Positions 37,229 to 51,100 of a stretch of DNA of 64,000 bases are shown here, piece after piece. Source of the stretch: Mobula birostris (lineage: Eukaryota). The first letter of the stretch is position 1. Each line of letters opens with the position of its first letter. Location: contig NC_092396.1 in NCBI RefSeq assembly GCF_030028105.1, forward strand, positions 45,074,068 to 45,138,067, given 5' to 3'. Under the pieces are notes generated by a model. That model saw nothing but the letters and a program-made list of their open reading frames with translations, was not told where the DNA came from and made no database searches. The position numbers were made by a program, and so were the translations under genes.

Positions 37229-39144
37229 CAAGGACAGTGTCCCATTGAACCTGATGGACAGAGGCACACAAATCACAGCTGTGCAGTGTGCGTTGCATCC
37301 TGAGTAGTTCTGACTAAGGGAGGAACTGGCTCATTACAAAGACCCGCAGTAGGATTATCAACCCACAGAACTTGTGGGTGAATTGAATGCTTCTTTGAAC
37401 GAAGGTGAAGGTTTGCAGTGTCAAGTTATATCAGGAACTCAAATCCTGGTGTAAGTGTTGAATCTCCGTCTCTGGCTGGGAACCAATACATTTGACAAGA
37501 AAAGGCAATTCTTGGATACTAAATAAAATCTCATCTTTGTTACAAGAGGCTGGGCAGCAAAACCTTGTTCCATATTCAGGTATAAATTTGCTAATAACAC
37601 CCGACATTTTCCTTTAACTGAACTTCAACCAAGCTGTGATCCCTTAACCTATGAATGAACTAATAATTGAGCAATTGATTTGATCTTCCAAAATATTGTG
37701 AAGCAAGTCAAAAGTGAGATTTACTTAGTGAATCGACTTTAGAACTGGAATTTTGAGAAGTTCTAAGCATATGACAATAACTTTCTCTTCAAAGCAAATG
37801 GACCATTTCACTTATATCTGTCAACACATTAAACAATTGCAGCATTTGCACTTCCAGCCAAATTTTCTAGACACAGTGTGCAACTTTCCTACCTATTCTC
37901 AGGCAGTCCACCTCCTCTCACAGGCACAGTCCCACTGTCTAATGGATAATACCGTGGGAAAATTATTAGATCTTTGTGCAAACATCGCTAATTTCCAGCT
38001 GCTCCAGAATATGTGATAAAGCAGCCAACTCCAACTAATAATCAACTACGTTTTTGTAAGTGGACCCCAAGCAGAGGAACACACTATCACAGAGGAACAA
38101 TAGGCAGCAGTCACTGACTCTTCTGTACAAAAGCAGACCTTGAAAAAAATTCTCCAGGTTCAGCCAGCCTAAATTGGACATAGCCCGACAACTTCCCTTG
38201 ACCTCAGCCTTGTTCCAATTCATCAAATTTTTTTTAAGTTCTGGCAAGGAGAAGCAGCCTTGCCTATCACCAGAGAGTGGGTAGAGGGAGAGGGGAAGAT
38301 AAAAAAAAGTCAACACACAATTGCTGAACTGTAGTTCTTAATGACGTGCAGGTCAACAAGAAAATTCTGAAGTACTCAGTTCTCAGGCTGCCTTTGAAGG
38401 TAGGTCAAAGTATAACTTGAATATTCTTCACTGAGAACAATTCTTGGCTTTGATAGTTCAGTGACGTGCATACAGCAATCCAGCCCATGAAGACCTGTGC
38501 AGCCACAGTATGACTACACTTCAAATAAAAAAATCTAATTGATCATAGAGATCTCTGGGAGAGATTGCAGGGTGAAAGGTTCTTTATAATAGCAAGCTTC
38601 TCTTTTAGTTGAAAAGCCTGAACATGTGTCCAGGCTTGCCTTGGGGAGAATAGCTCGAGCCAATACATGGGTTATAAGCCAACATGTACTTAGGGAAGGT
38701 GAGGATAGTGCAAAGGAAGACCTATGAAGAAAGTAACGGCTGACAGAATAGAGAGAGTTAACCAGTATGTTCCTTTGTTTCAGTTTCCTCTTCATAGACA
38801 GGAAGTTTCTATGATGTTGACTCAACAATAATAACTAAAGGATGGTTCCATGCAAGTTAAAACAAACCACACTCACTCAAACAGAGCAGCAAAAACACCA
38901 TAGTGTCGATTTCTGAAATGCACATGGTCATGAGAGTTTGAGAAGCTGGGGACTACATTGCTTGATGCAGAAAACAAAGCCACCAATAGCAAAGATACCT
39001 AGTCTGAGTCCAGTTAAATTTCTTCTCAATTTTTCAGAGGTTATAATTGGGGGACAGAGACCGGGGTGATCTGATACAAATAATGGAGAGGGATGAACAC
39101 ACAATTCATTCAATGAGTAGAGGTGTCTGTAATGCAATACCTTT

Positions 39145-40665
39145 ACATGGAAAATCCTACATGAGGCAGTAGATACGGCCCTGTACGTCATGGGTAAAGC
39201 CCTCCCGACCATTGATCACATCTACATGAGACACTGTCATAGGAAAGCAGCATCCCTTAATCCATGTCAGAAAGGTGCATCGGCTATTATTTATAATATT
39301 ATTATGAAACTTAGGAAAGCTCCATTTGATAAGATTAGGTCAGATTGGGAACAAGAATTGGGATCTATTATTTCCGTGGATGACTGGGGGCAGATTTTAC
39401 AATTAGTCAATACTTCCTCTATCTGTGCTAAACATTCCCTAATTCAATTTAAAGTTGTTCATAGAGCACATATGTCCAAAGATAAATTAGCTCGCTTTTA
39501 TTCTCATATTAATCCTTTTTGTGATAGATGTCCGGGGCAAATAGCCTCTTTAACTCATATGTTTTGGTCTTGTCCTACTCTGGAAACTTTTTGGAGAGAC
39601 ATTTTTAATATTATTTCCAAGGTATTGAATATAGATATCTCTCCTCACCCTATTACTGCTATCTTTGGACTACATAAAATTTCCAGTAATCTTTCTCCTT
39701 CAGCCCGTAGAATGATTGCATTTCTTACTTTAATGGCGAAAAGATGTATCTTACAACATTGGAAAGAGCTTAATGTTCCAACTACCTTTTTTTGGTTTTC
39801 TCAGACGATATTATGCTTGAATTTGGAGAAAATTAGAAGCAATCTTTATGACTCTTCATTTAAATTTGAACAGACCTGGAGATCTTTTATTCAATATTTT
39901 CATTTAATGTAATATATACCCTTCTTGTTTTTTTTTTACTGTTTTTTATGGAGGTCGGGATTGAGGACGTGATTTTAAGTTTTTTAACTCTGTTTGGTTT
40001 CAAGTTAGCCCATTGCTTTGCTTTGCTTTTAGTTAGTTGCATGGTGGGGTTTTTTTGGGGCTTTTTTTTTCCTTTTCTCTATTGATATATATATAAAAAT
40101 TAGTATACTATTATGTTACCTTGGTACGTTATGTTTAAATTACATTGTTTGTATTTTTTTTGTATTAATATCTCCCGTAATTTTATTATATTCTAACAGT
40201 GTATTAGTGCCTATATGGCTTACCTTTTTGTATACTTATTCAATAAAAAGATTTAAAAAGAAAGAAAGAAAGCAGCATCCATCACCAGAGATCCCCATCA
40301 CCCAGGTCATGTTCGCTTCTCGTTGCTGCCATCATGACTCGCTCCACCAGGTTCAAATACAGTTACTACCCGTCAACCATCAGGCTCTTGAATAAAAAGG
40401 TTAACTGTACTCACTTGCCCCATCAGTGAAATGTTTCTGCAACTAACGACCTCACTTTAAGGACTCTATCTCATGTTCTCATTATTTATTGCTATTTAAT
40501 TATATTTGCATTTGCACAGTTCTTGTCTTCTGCACTGTAGTTGCTCATTTATTGATCCTGTTACAGTTACTGTTCTATAGATTTACTGAGCATGCCCTCA
40601 AGAAAATGCAACTCAGGGTTATATATGGTGACATATATGTGCCTTGGTAATTTACTTTGAACTTT
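39145..40665 (+). mobile_element. Old Rex1-like 3' fragment hosting an L1 insertion
   Basis: MGKALPTIDHIYMRHCHRKAAS continues after 40280. Ends in a tttgaactttga tail. Confidence 0.7.
39256..40267 (+). mobile_element. 5'-truncated L1: ORF2 C-terminal zinc-binding region and 3' UTR
   Basis: Open frame to 39912 with IQFKVVHR, CDRC..HMFWSCP. AATAAA plus (GAAA)n tail. 13-bp TSD gaaagcagcatcc at 39243-39255 and 40268-40280. Confidence 0.9.
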
Positions 40666-41429
40666 GACGAGCGGGTGGAGGCAGTAACCCTCCTTCCATT
40701 TTAAACACAAGTGAAGGGGTAGCTAAAGATACATAACCTACAGGCTGAGGACCAGTCTGTGTACTGGAACTAAAGCAGCTGTCAAGTTTTGGCTAGCATG
40801 AATGTGATGGGCTGAATGAGCTCCTTCTGTAGACAGCAACAGTTCTGTGAATGTTGTTGCAAAATTACTAGTTCATCATTATCCCTCAACTGTCAGGCTC
40901 CTGAACCAAAGGAGTTAACTTCACTCACACCATCTCTTAACTGTTTCCACAATCTATGGACTCACTTTCAAGGGCTCTTCATCTCATGTTCTTGAAAATT
41001 TCTATTTATTTATTATTATTATTACTACTACTACTTCTTTCTGTCAGATAACTTTGTAGCTCAAACCTAAATGTTACTTGACACCCATCTGCCAAAGCCT
41101 TTATTATGCTCATACCGTAAGAATAGTTTAAAATCTGACAAAAAAGAAAGGAGGCACAAGTGTCTTCCACCACTCAGCTCCAGTGACTTGGTTCAGTGAG
41201 CTCCTGATGTCTGGTGTATGTGGGATTTCCCCAACTATTCCAGCACCTTTCAAAACGTATACTGGTTTGTAAGTTAACTGGACACTTCAAATAGTTTCTG
41301 GTGCAGCAAGTACTGCTATCTGTGGGAAACTGATGGGAATGTGGGAAGAATCAAATGGGATTACTGATGAATTTGGATGCTTAATAGCCAGCAATGACAA
41401 AATAGGCCAAAGGGCCTGTTTCTAAGCTC

Positions 41430-42700
41430 CATAAAATTGCAAATGTCACTCCACTCTTTAAGGAGGAAGGGAAATAGAAGAAAAGACTGATTTGAGTGGT
41501 TGGGAAGATGTTGGAGTCCGTTATTAGGATAACATTCTGGAGGCACATGATAAAGTAGGCACAAATCAGCATGGTTTCCTTCAGAGGAAATCTTGTCTGA
41601 CATATCTGTTGGGATCCTTCAAGGAAATAACAGGCAGGATAGATAAAGGGAAGTCAGTGGATGTTGCTTACTTGGATTTTCAGAAGGCCTTTGGCAAGGT
41701 GTCGCACATGAGGCTGCTTAAAAAGATAAGAGCTCATGGTATTACAGAAAAGAGAAGAGCATGGATAGAAGATTGAGTGGCAGGAAGATAAAGAATGGGA
41801 ATAAGGGGGACCTATTCTGTCCGGCTGCTGGTGACTAGTGGTGTTCCGCAGGGGATCAGTATTGGGACCACCTCTTTCCACATTATATATCAACGATTTG
41901 GATGACAAAATTAATGGCTTTGTGGCCAAGTTTGCACACAATATGAAGATAGGTGGAGAGAAATGTAGTGTTGAGGAAGCAGAGGGTCTGCAGAAGAACT
42001 AACAAAAGATTAGGAGAATGGGCAAAGAAGTGACAGATAGAATATGGCATAGGGAAGTGTATGGTCATGCACATTGGTAGAGAAAATTTAGGCATACACT
42101 ATTTTCTAACTGGGAAGAAAATTCAAAATTCAGAGGTGCAAAGGGTCTTGGGAGTCCTTGTGCAGGTTTCCCTAAAGGTTAATTTGTAGATTGAGTTGGC
42201 AGCAAGGAAGGCAAATGCAGTGTTACCATTCATTTCAAGAGGACTAGAATTTAAGAGCAACAAAATAATGCTGAGGTTTTATAAAGCATTGATCTGACCT
42301 CACTTGGAACGTTATGAGAAGTTTTCGGCTCGTTATCTAAGAAAAGATGGAGAGGATTCATGAGAATTATTCCGAGAATGTAAGGGTTAACATATGAGGA
42401 GCGTTTGATTGCTCTGAACTTGTAATTGCTAGAGTTCAGAAGAATGAGGGGGATCTCACTGAAGCCTATCAAATATTGAAAGGCCTAGGGATGAATCTAG
42501 GACCAAAGGGCACAACCTCAGAATAGAGAGACATCCATTCAGAACAGAGATGAGTAGCAAGAGGGTGGTGAATTTGTCGAATTCATTGCTACGGACAGCT
42601 GTGTAGGCCAAGTCACTGAGTATATTTAAAATGATGGTTGATGGGTTCTTGATTAAGGGAGAAGGCAGGAGAATGGGGTTGAGAGGGATAATAAATCAGC
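41430..42700 (+). mobile_element. Decayed CR1 ORF2 fragment
   Basis: ANVTPLFK, SQHGF, DFQKAF and GVPQG motifs with many lesions. Confidence 0.85.
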
Positions 42701-43300
42701 CAGGGCTCCATGCCACAAGGAATGCATTACCTCCAGGGACCTGGGTCATCCATGTTTGCAACCAACCAATGCCACTGAGATCCCAGCATGAATGAGGTCA
42801 TCACTGCTGACCATTATGCTGATACGACTAAAAGTAGAGTCTGTATCAGTCATTGCCTAGAGTGGATCTACCTTTTTAGTTTACAAAGCTTTACACTGAC
42901 ATCGACTTTAGCTAAAATCCAGATTAAAATACGAACTCCTAGTTTAAAAAAGCCCTGGTGTAAAAACCAGGAGTTTTTAACATTCTACCTCAAGGAACAG
43001 GAACCAGAGAAGTTGAAGGTATATTTAACACGACCTACTTGGGGTGAGTGCACGATGGGAGTTACTTTAACGGAGCATGAAGCCCATTTCACACCTCAAC
43101 AGACTCCCAACTGGCTGATTAATCACAATTTATGAATGTTTGCACATACAAATACAGCTTTATGCAGCAAAATACAATCTGAACATAGAACATAGGAAAA
43201 GGCCTCTTTCACCCATGATACTGTGCCAAACTAATCAAGCTTGTGACACGTAATTATATTAACCCTTTTTGCCTGCACATGGAGCATTCCTTCCATTCTT

Positions 43301-44660
43301 TTATACTTTATTGTCACCAAACAATTGATACTGGAACGTACAATCATCACAGCGATATTTGATTCTGCGCTTTCCGCTCCCTGGATTACAAATATTAAAT
43401 AATAAAAATATTAAAAATAGTAAAAATGAATAAATATTAAAAATTTAAATTATAAATCATAAACAGAAAATAGAAAAATGGGAAGTAAGGTAGTACAAAA
43501 AAACCGAGAGGCAGGTCCGGATATTTGGAGGCTACGGCTCAGATCCGGGTCAGGATCCGTTCAGCAGTCTTATCACGGTTGGAAAGAAGCTGTTCCCAAA
43601 TCTGGCCGTACGAGTCTTAAAGCTCCTGAGCCTTCTCCCAGAGGGAAGAGGGACGAAAACTGTGTTGGCTGGGTGGGTCATGTCCTTGATTATTCTGGCA
43701 GCACTGCTCCGACAGCGTGCGGTGTAAAGTGAGTCCAAGGACGGAAGATTGGTTTATGTGATGTGCTGCGCCGTGTTCACGATCTTCTGCAGCTTCTTTC
43801 GGTCTTGGACAGGACAACTTCCATACCAGGTTGTGATGCACCCGAGAAGAATGCTTTCTACGGTGCATCTATAAAAATTAGTGCGGGTTTTAGGAGACAG
43901 GCCAAATTTCTTTAGTTTTCTCAGGAAGTAAAGGCGCTGGTGGGCCTTCTGGGCAGTGAACTCTGCTTGGTTGGACCAAGTCAGGTCATTTGTGATATTG
44001 ACCCCCGAGAAACTTAAAGCTTTTGACCTGTTCAACTTGCACACCACCAATGTAAATTGGGTCGTGTGGTCCGCTACTCATTCTGAAGTCAACAACAATC
44101 CCTTCGTCCTGCTGACGTTGAGGGATAGGTTACTGTCTTCGCACCATGCCACCAGGTTCTTAATTTCCGCTCTGTACTCAAACTCATCATTACCCAAGAT
44201 ACGGCCTACAATTGTTGTGTCATCAGCAAACTTATATATTGAGTTTGATGGAAACTTGGCTACACAATCATGGGTGTACAGTGAGTACAGCAGGGGGCTG
44301 AGTACGCAGCCTTGTGGGGCATCGGTGCTCAGAGTGATTGTAGAGGAGAGCTTGTCCCCTATTTTTACAGCCTGGGTCCTGTCTGTGAGGAAGTTGAAGA
44401 TCCAGCTGCAGATCTGAGTGCTAAGGCCCAGGTTCCGGAGCTTAGGAATCAGTTTATTTGGAATGATGGTATTAAAGGCAGAGCTGTAGTCAATGAAAAG
44501 GAGCCTTACGTATGTGTCTTTATTCTCCAGGTGGTCTAAGGAGGAACGTAGGGCCGGAGAGATGACATCTGCCGTTGACCTGCTGCTCCGGTAGGCGAAT
44601 TGCAAAGCATCAAGGTTGACCGGTAGGCTGTGGTTGATGTGTGCCATAACCAATCTCTCG
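43301..44660 (-). mobile_element. 5'-truncated Rex1/Babar copy (same family as 4051-6880) inserted in a CR1 3' end (43183-43300 and 44662-45260)
   Basis: ORF 44078-44653 is nearly identical to 5560-6130 and has FADD. Same 3' UTR. attctt occurs at both junctions. Confidence 0.9.
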
Positions 44661-46089
44661 AATTCTTGGCAATTGATGTCCTCTCGAGTTTCTTAAACAT
44701 CTCCATCCTAACTGTCTCTACCACCACACCTTACAGCACATTCCAGAAACTCTCCACTGTGTAAAAAAATTTGCCTCTCGTCTTAAATACATGCCCTCTA
44801 GCATTAGGCATTCAGCCCTGGGAAAAAAGTGTTGGCTATCTACTCTGTCTTTGCCTCCCTTGTTATGAACATCCATCAGGTCTCCCCTCAGCCTTGGCCG
44901 CTCCAGAGAAAACAATCCATTTTTGTCTGAAGTCCCCTTATAGCACGTGCCCTCTAATCCAGTCAGATCCTGGAAAACATTTCTGCCCCATCTCCAAAGC
45001 CTTGGCATCCTTTTTGTAATGGGTTGGCCAGTACTGAATGCAATAATACAGACGCACCCTAACCACATTTATATAAATCTGTAATATCACTTTCTGACTC
45101 TTTGAACTCAGTTCCTTAACTAATAAAGTCAAGCATGCCATTTGCCTTCTTTACCACACTACTGATTTGTGTGACCCCTTTCTCCAAGCACCCTCAGTAT
45201 ATCAACACTACTAATGGCCCTGCCATTAACTGTATAATTTTCCCTTTACATTTGATTTCACAACCTACCTTAGAGCAAATTTTTGATAATTTACTTAGCT
45301 GTTTGGCAGAGTTTCTTAATTATTACTCCCATTTGAAAAAACACAGCTGACAGTTTATTACATTAAGGATGTTCTGCTAACATAAATGTTTAGGCTGTTA
45401 TGGAAAACAGAGGGCAATTCGGTTAATAATGAATGTTAGCTTCAAGGAGAAAAATTTTGTCAGCATTCTTTGAAAGAGAATGTTAGAGCAGGGTCACTCT
45501 CCCAATCAGACATACCAAAGATGAGTATCAAGAGAACAGATCACCTACACCATTGAAAGTTTAATAGCCCAGTCTCTGGGTTTGTATGAAAATATTAAAC
45601 ACATCATTAACATTCATTATTTACAAATCCCAGTCAGAGGGTAACTGGTTTCTGAATCTGAGTATAGAGAAGTTACATGCAAGGACACATTCACATCAAC
45701 TAGCTCAGAAAGATTAGCTGAAAATCTTGTTGCATTTATTTTGGAGACGGGGTAGAGAAATGGGCCATTTTACACAGCTGGAGATTTTAGCTGTTGTACT
45801 TCACTGTCTCAGCAATGTGGCTGAAAATGTGTTCTGTTTTATTCTTGCAATTTTTGGAGTATGCTCAGTCCTCCTCCACGACCACCACTCGGTCTCACTC
45901 TGCCCGCCTGTTTAATGCTCTGTTTGCAATGGGGCTGAGTAGAGAGCCAGCCAAAGTACTGGAAGCACATCCTTGAAAGATGTATTTTACAATAGAGCAC
46001 AAGTACATCTTTTTAAACAAATAAATGTTCATCCAGTGACTACCCCTAATCTAAGAATGCTTCCCCAGAGTTCCAGTGACAAATTTCTT

Positions 46090-48109
46090 TTTTTAATATA
46101 ATTTTTATTGAGTTTTCAAAGTAATTACAAGAGAAAACAATATCTACCCTCCCCCCTCCCCTTAACCCTCCCCCACCAATATATACTCCTACCTAAAGAG
46201 AAAAGAAAAAAGAAAAAAAAGAGAACCACCTGAATATTGGAAGGTTTGCACATGCTCCATGGGATTAAAAATAAATTTTATATATATTTGTTACTTTCCC
46301 CAAGGAACCAAGATCTTTATTATCGGAGCTGTAAATAAGGGCTCCAAGTATTCAAAAATGTTTCATATTTGTCTCTTAAAATCTAAAACATTACTTAGCT
46401 TCTCAACTCTCATAGTTCCCTGGGGAATCTCTTTGAACTTCACCATGTTGCTATGTGTTTCCCTCCCAATCATCCAGGCAAAAAGAAAAAAAGATAAGAT
46501 ACAAAAAAAGAAAAAACAAAAAACCCCCCCACTAACGTTGTGAATGAAAAAGGTACACAACACTACCCCCCTCCATTTTGCGGGTCGTGGCTATTGCCAC
46601 ACTTGCGCACATGAATAACATAGCGATTGGTCAGTATTTCTTCCAGCTCCCCCGTAACAAAAAATTGTATATATATATTTTAAAAATTGTCATTATTCCC
46701 AGCTAATATTCCTCAAATTTTAACCTTTCTTCCCCTCCCTCATATAATTAATAATATATTTATATATTCATCCACCTTAAAATCCAACAGGCCTAATCCT
46801 TGATCCAGTCTTCATCTTCAATCCATCTCGCTCCCTTAGGTTTGTTCTTGTACCTGGTGAATATTCAAAGAATCTCGCACTAACTCCTCCGCTTTCCGGT
46901 AATCGTCAAAAAATCTTTTTTGTCCACCAGCCAAAAAAATCTTCAAGGTTGCAGGATAACGTAATATAAATTGATAACCGTGATCCCATGGGGCTTTTTT
47001 CACTGGATTAAATTTCTTCCTTCTCTTCAAAAGTTCATAACTTATATCAGGGTAGAAAAAAATTTTCTTCCCTTCTACCATCAGTGGCGCTTTTCTCTTC
47101 TTGGCAGCTTGGGCAGCCGCCTGCAGAACCCTTTCTTTGTCTTGAAATCTGAGAATTTTATTAAAATTGATCATGGATATTGGTCATCTTGTGGTTTTGG
47201 TCTTAGAGCTCTATGCACCCACTCAATTTCAATTGATCGGTCTTCCTCTTTCATTTGCAAGGTTTTCGGGATCCATTTTTGAAAAAATTCTATTGGATTA
47301 TCCCCCTCTATACCTTCTTTAAGACCAACAATTTTAAGATTATTACGTCTACTAAAATTTACCAACACGTCCACTTTCTCCAAGAGCCGATTTCTTTCCG
47401 TGTTCCAGACAATCACATCATTTTGTTTTTTCCACTCAATCGTTAATATGCTCCATTGTTTTTTCCATCTTCTGAAGTTTCTTATCCATCTTATCCTGTC
47501 TTTTCATAGCTTTATCATAGCACATCTTCACGTCTCTAAGCTCTGTTCTTAATTTTCTTAGTTCAGCCGTTAATTGCAATAAAGCCTCTCTTATGTCTCC
47601 GTCGTCTCCTTTACTTCCAGTCTCTTCCAGTTCTTCCTCCTCTTCTTCATCTGTATTCTCTGCGGTATCCAATTCTGAGTCTGAGTCACTTTCAGTTGCA
47701 GTGGCCGTCGGTTCTTGTAGTTTAAGTTGTGTCGATTTGCGCATGCGTACTTCTTTGCGCATGCGCATTTCCGGCATCTTCTTCCGAGAGATCGCTACCG
47801 CCGCCATTGCTCCCTGTTCTTCTACGCCAGAGATAAAATGCGTCTCCTCCGAAGGAGATCCAACCTGAATCCGAGGTTCCATTGCTGCAGTAGGCCCTTT
47901 TTTCTTCCCATCTCGTGGCGACTTTACAACAACAGACTTCTTCTGTTGCAGTTTACGAGGCATATCGTAGAGTAGTCTTACAAAGTTTATAAGTAGTTTT
48001 CCGAAAGTTTTTATTAACTTTTCTTTGTTTAAACGGTACTTTGCTGATTTTTTACGGGCGAGCTGGAATTATACGTCTCAATCCCACGTCATCACATGAC
48101 ACCCCCCCT
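46090..48109 (-). mobile_element. 2.0-kb L1-derived element with ORF1 but essentially no ORF2 (HAL1-like)
   Basis: Exact 16-bp TSD cagtgacaaatttctt at 46074-46089 and 48110-48125. G-rich 5' end, AATAAA and A-tail at the 3' end, L1 ORF1 in three frames. Confidence 0.88.
46836..47963 (-). pseudogene. L1 ORF1p (acidic tract, coiled coil, RRM, CTD), frameshifted
   Basis: RRNNLKIVGLKEGIEG, IEWVHRAL, RFQDKERVL, FFYPDIS and RYPATLKI spread over ORFs 47436-47963, 47171-47416 and 46836-47174. Confidence 0.88.
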
Positions 48110-51100
48110 CAGTGACAAATTTCTTGAAGTAAGACCTTCAAATCACAGGGTAAAGTGCAATGTGCCCCTAGCACACTATGCGGAAATAATAAAACTAGGA
48201 AGTTGCTCCTAAGAATTAAGTGCAGATATTGGATTCAGTTAATTGATTGGTTCTTTGCCAGTACCTGCAGAGTAATGCAGTACCAGCAGAGTAATCACAG
48301 ATCATGGGCTGCTCTTGATATTTGGTATTAGCCAATCCCTGTTGGTAAAACAGCCTGATAAAGGTTAAACTGCATTCAATCACCTCTGAGCAGAGCAAGA
48401 TGAAATGAGCACCTCGCAGGGTGTGAAAAGAAATTCCTCCCAAACATGCCAACTGTTATGGGCAATCCCCAATATACTTTAATCAATGAAAACTACTGCT
48501 ATCACCCAACGTTTACGATGATGCTGGTCACTGAAGACCAGCAACTTTATCCACATTCAAGACTGCCCACAGAAGCTGGAAATGGAACAGTGGGTGTGAC
48601 TGCAAGCAAGTGTAGATGCAGGGCTCTTGAGAGGTTCCGAGAAGATTAACTATGATCTTGCTTGGGATAGAGCATCTCGGTTACTAGAATGTGGATGCAA
48701 TGAATTTGCTTTCCTTAGACACGAGGAGGCTGAGGGGAGAATGAAATTATGAGGGGCTTTAGATAGGGCAGATAGTGAGAAACCTTTTGCAAATGCTCTA
48801 AAACTGGAGGGTACTGGTTTAAGGTAAGGAATAGGAGGTTTAGAGGGCACTCTCCACTCAGAGGACAGTTCGAATCTGGGATGCACGACTTGAAGAAATG
48901 GTGGAAGCAGAGACGCTCCCAACCTTTAAGAAATAACTAGATAAGGCATTGTGGGCAAGTGGCAGTAAAAAGGAATGATGTAAGTGAGACATAGTGGGTT
49001 GAAGGGCCTGAACGTCGGCTGTGAGACTCGGGCCACAGCCTCACGCTTCAGTAAGAACAGCAAATGATGCCCTTTTCTAATTTTACATCTATCTCAAGCT
49101 ATTCATATAGAAGCCCAAGTAATTCCCTCTCGATATAACAACTGGTCACCAACACACCGATAGTCTTTGTTATTTCAGCAGGAGCTTGTTAACTAAAACC
49201 ATAGTCTGAGTTCTGAGTCACATTATTCTCCAGGATGATGAAATACAACAGGCATGCCAAAGCTCTTTTTAAACAAAAAGCTTATTTACCGAAGTTATCA
49301 AAAAGTTTCCAAATTACTATCCCCAGCAGGAATATGAGTGCATGACTAAGGAATTCAGCCTCCATACTTTGAACTTGATGATACAAGCAAGCAATTCAGC
49401 ATTTTAAAGCTATACGAAATATCCAAGGCAGTAGATGACAGAACAGTGCGAATGTTCACAATTACTCCATAAAACAAGACGCTCTTCAGTTTTATTTCTG
49501 AGCCCGAGTTCAAGTAGAGTGTTAATTGAGGAGATACGAAGAAATACTTGTCATCTCTTCATCAGTAGAAATGCAAATGTAGAAAAATCAAAAAGCTGCA
49601 GGTGCTGGAAACCTGGAATAAGGTTCTGATGAAGGGTGCTTGGCTTACAATACTAGTTCAACTTCTCTTTGACATACAATTACTGACCTGCTGAGTGCTT
49701 CAAGTATTTTATGTTGATAGCTTTATTGCCAGTACAATTACCTTAATAAAAATTCCTGCAGGGACTGAACTGAACTGAACCTTGCTTAATTCTGCTTTAT
49801 ACCATTGATAAAAGACACTAGAGTGTGATCAACAAACAGCAGGCAGCAACAATGGAGCGGCAACAGAAGAGGGACACCAAGTCTGCAAACACAAAAAGCA
49901 AAGATCATTGATAAAAATAAACTGGAAACTACTTGCTACTGACGACAGAATTATTCGCTCCAACCTTTTCATCCTGGAAGGGTTAATTAGAGGTCCTCAC
50001 CTCAAATGAAGAATCATGTTTCCTAGATATCTTAAATCATCACTAGGGATGAGCCAAACACTTTATATATCAGGGTTTCTCCACACTACCTTGTATTTTT
50101 ACTACCCAGTTCTGTGGGAATTAACTCTAAGCGTTATTATACCTTTTAAAGCAAAGAACAGGACTGCTAATCTAAACATCAGAACGAAAACTAATCAATG
50201 CCATCAGGAGGAAAAATAAAACCCAACATAAGGCAGAACTAAGCAGGCCTCATTTCATATAGGTCTTGCACCTAAGAAGTCTCAGCCAATCCCACCAGAC
50301 GCTCAGCAGTTGTTACAGGGAGAATGTTGGAGGCTTTGGAGACAATGCAGAAGAGGTCCGCCGGTAGTTGCTGCAGCGAGAGTGTATTACACATAGAGTG
50401 GTGGAGACTCCCAGAATTCGTGTGGGGGCGGGGGGGAGTGTAAGCAGATACAATAGCAACATTTAAGAGGCATGTAGACAGGTACATGAACAGGCAGAGA
50501 ATGGAAGGATATAGACCCTAGGCAGGTAGATGGAATTGATTTAAATCAGCATCACAGTCAGCCCTGGCTGAAGCACAAGTAAAGCAGAATCTCACAAAAC
50601 AGTAAATTCATTAAGGAAGCAGCTGATCTCTTTTCTCCCACCACCCACACCCGCCCCAAAGTTTAGTAAAACAGACACCATGGCAGAATTGTCAAGAGTG
50701 ATAGCCCTTAGTTGCAGGTAACAGATTAAAACCAAGCCTCTTGCAATGACTAGTATAAAACAAAACAAATAGCAGAAAGCAATATAACTGCAGATGCTAG
50801 AAATCTGGAAACAAAGCAAAGATGATACCGGAAATACGCAGGTCCGAAACATTTGTGAACAGAGAAACAGAGGCAATCATTTGGGTTTCCAGACCGGGAA
50901 AAAAATAATTCAAAACTGGTTCAAAAGTAGTAAGGATTAGAAGAAGGAACAAAGGTGCCTTGCTGGCGTCTTTAAACCAGTTGCTTCGTGTAGTTGGGGC
51001 TCATCGGCCATTGTTGGCTGTTTATCTCGGAGAAGGAAAACTGATCTGAAACCTCCGCTGTTTTACAGCTATACCCGTATTGAGTTTGCAGTCCTACACT

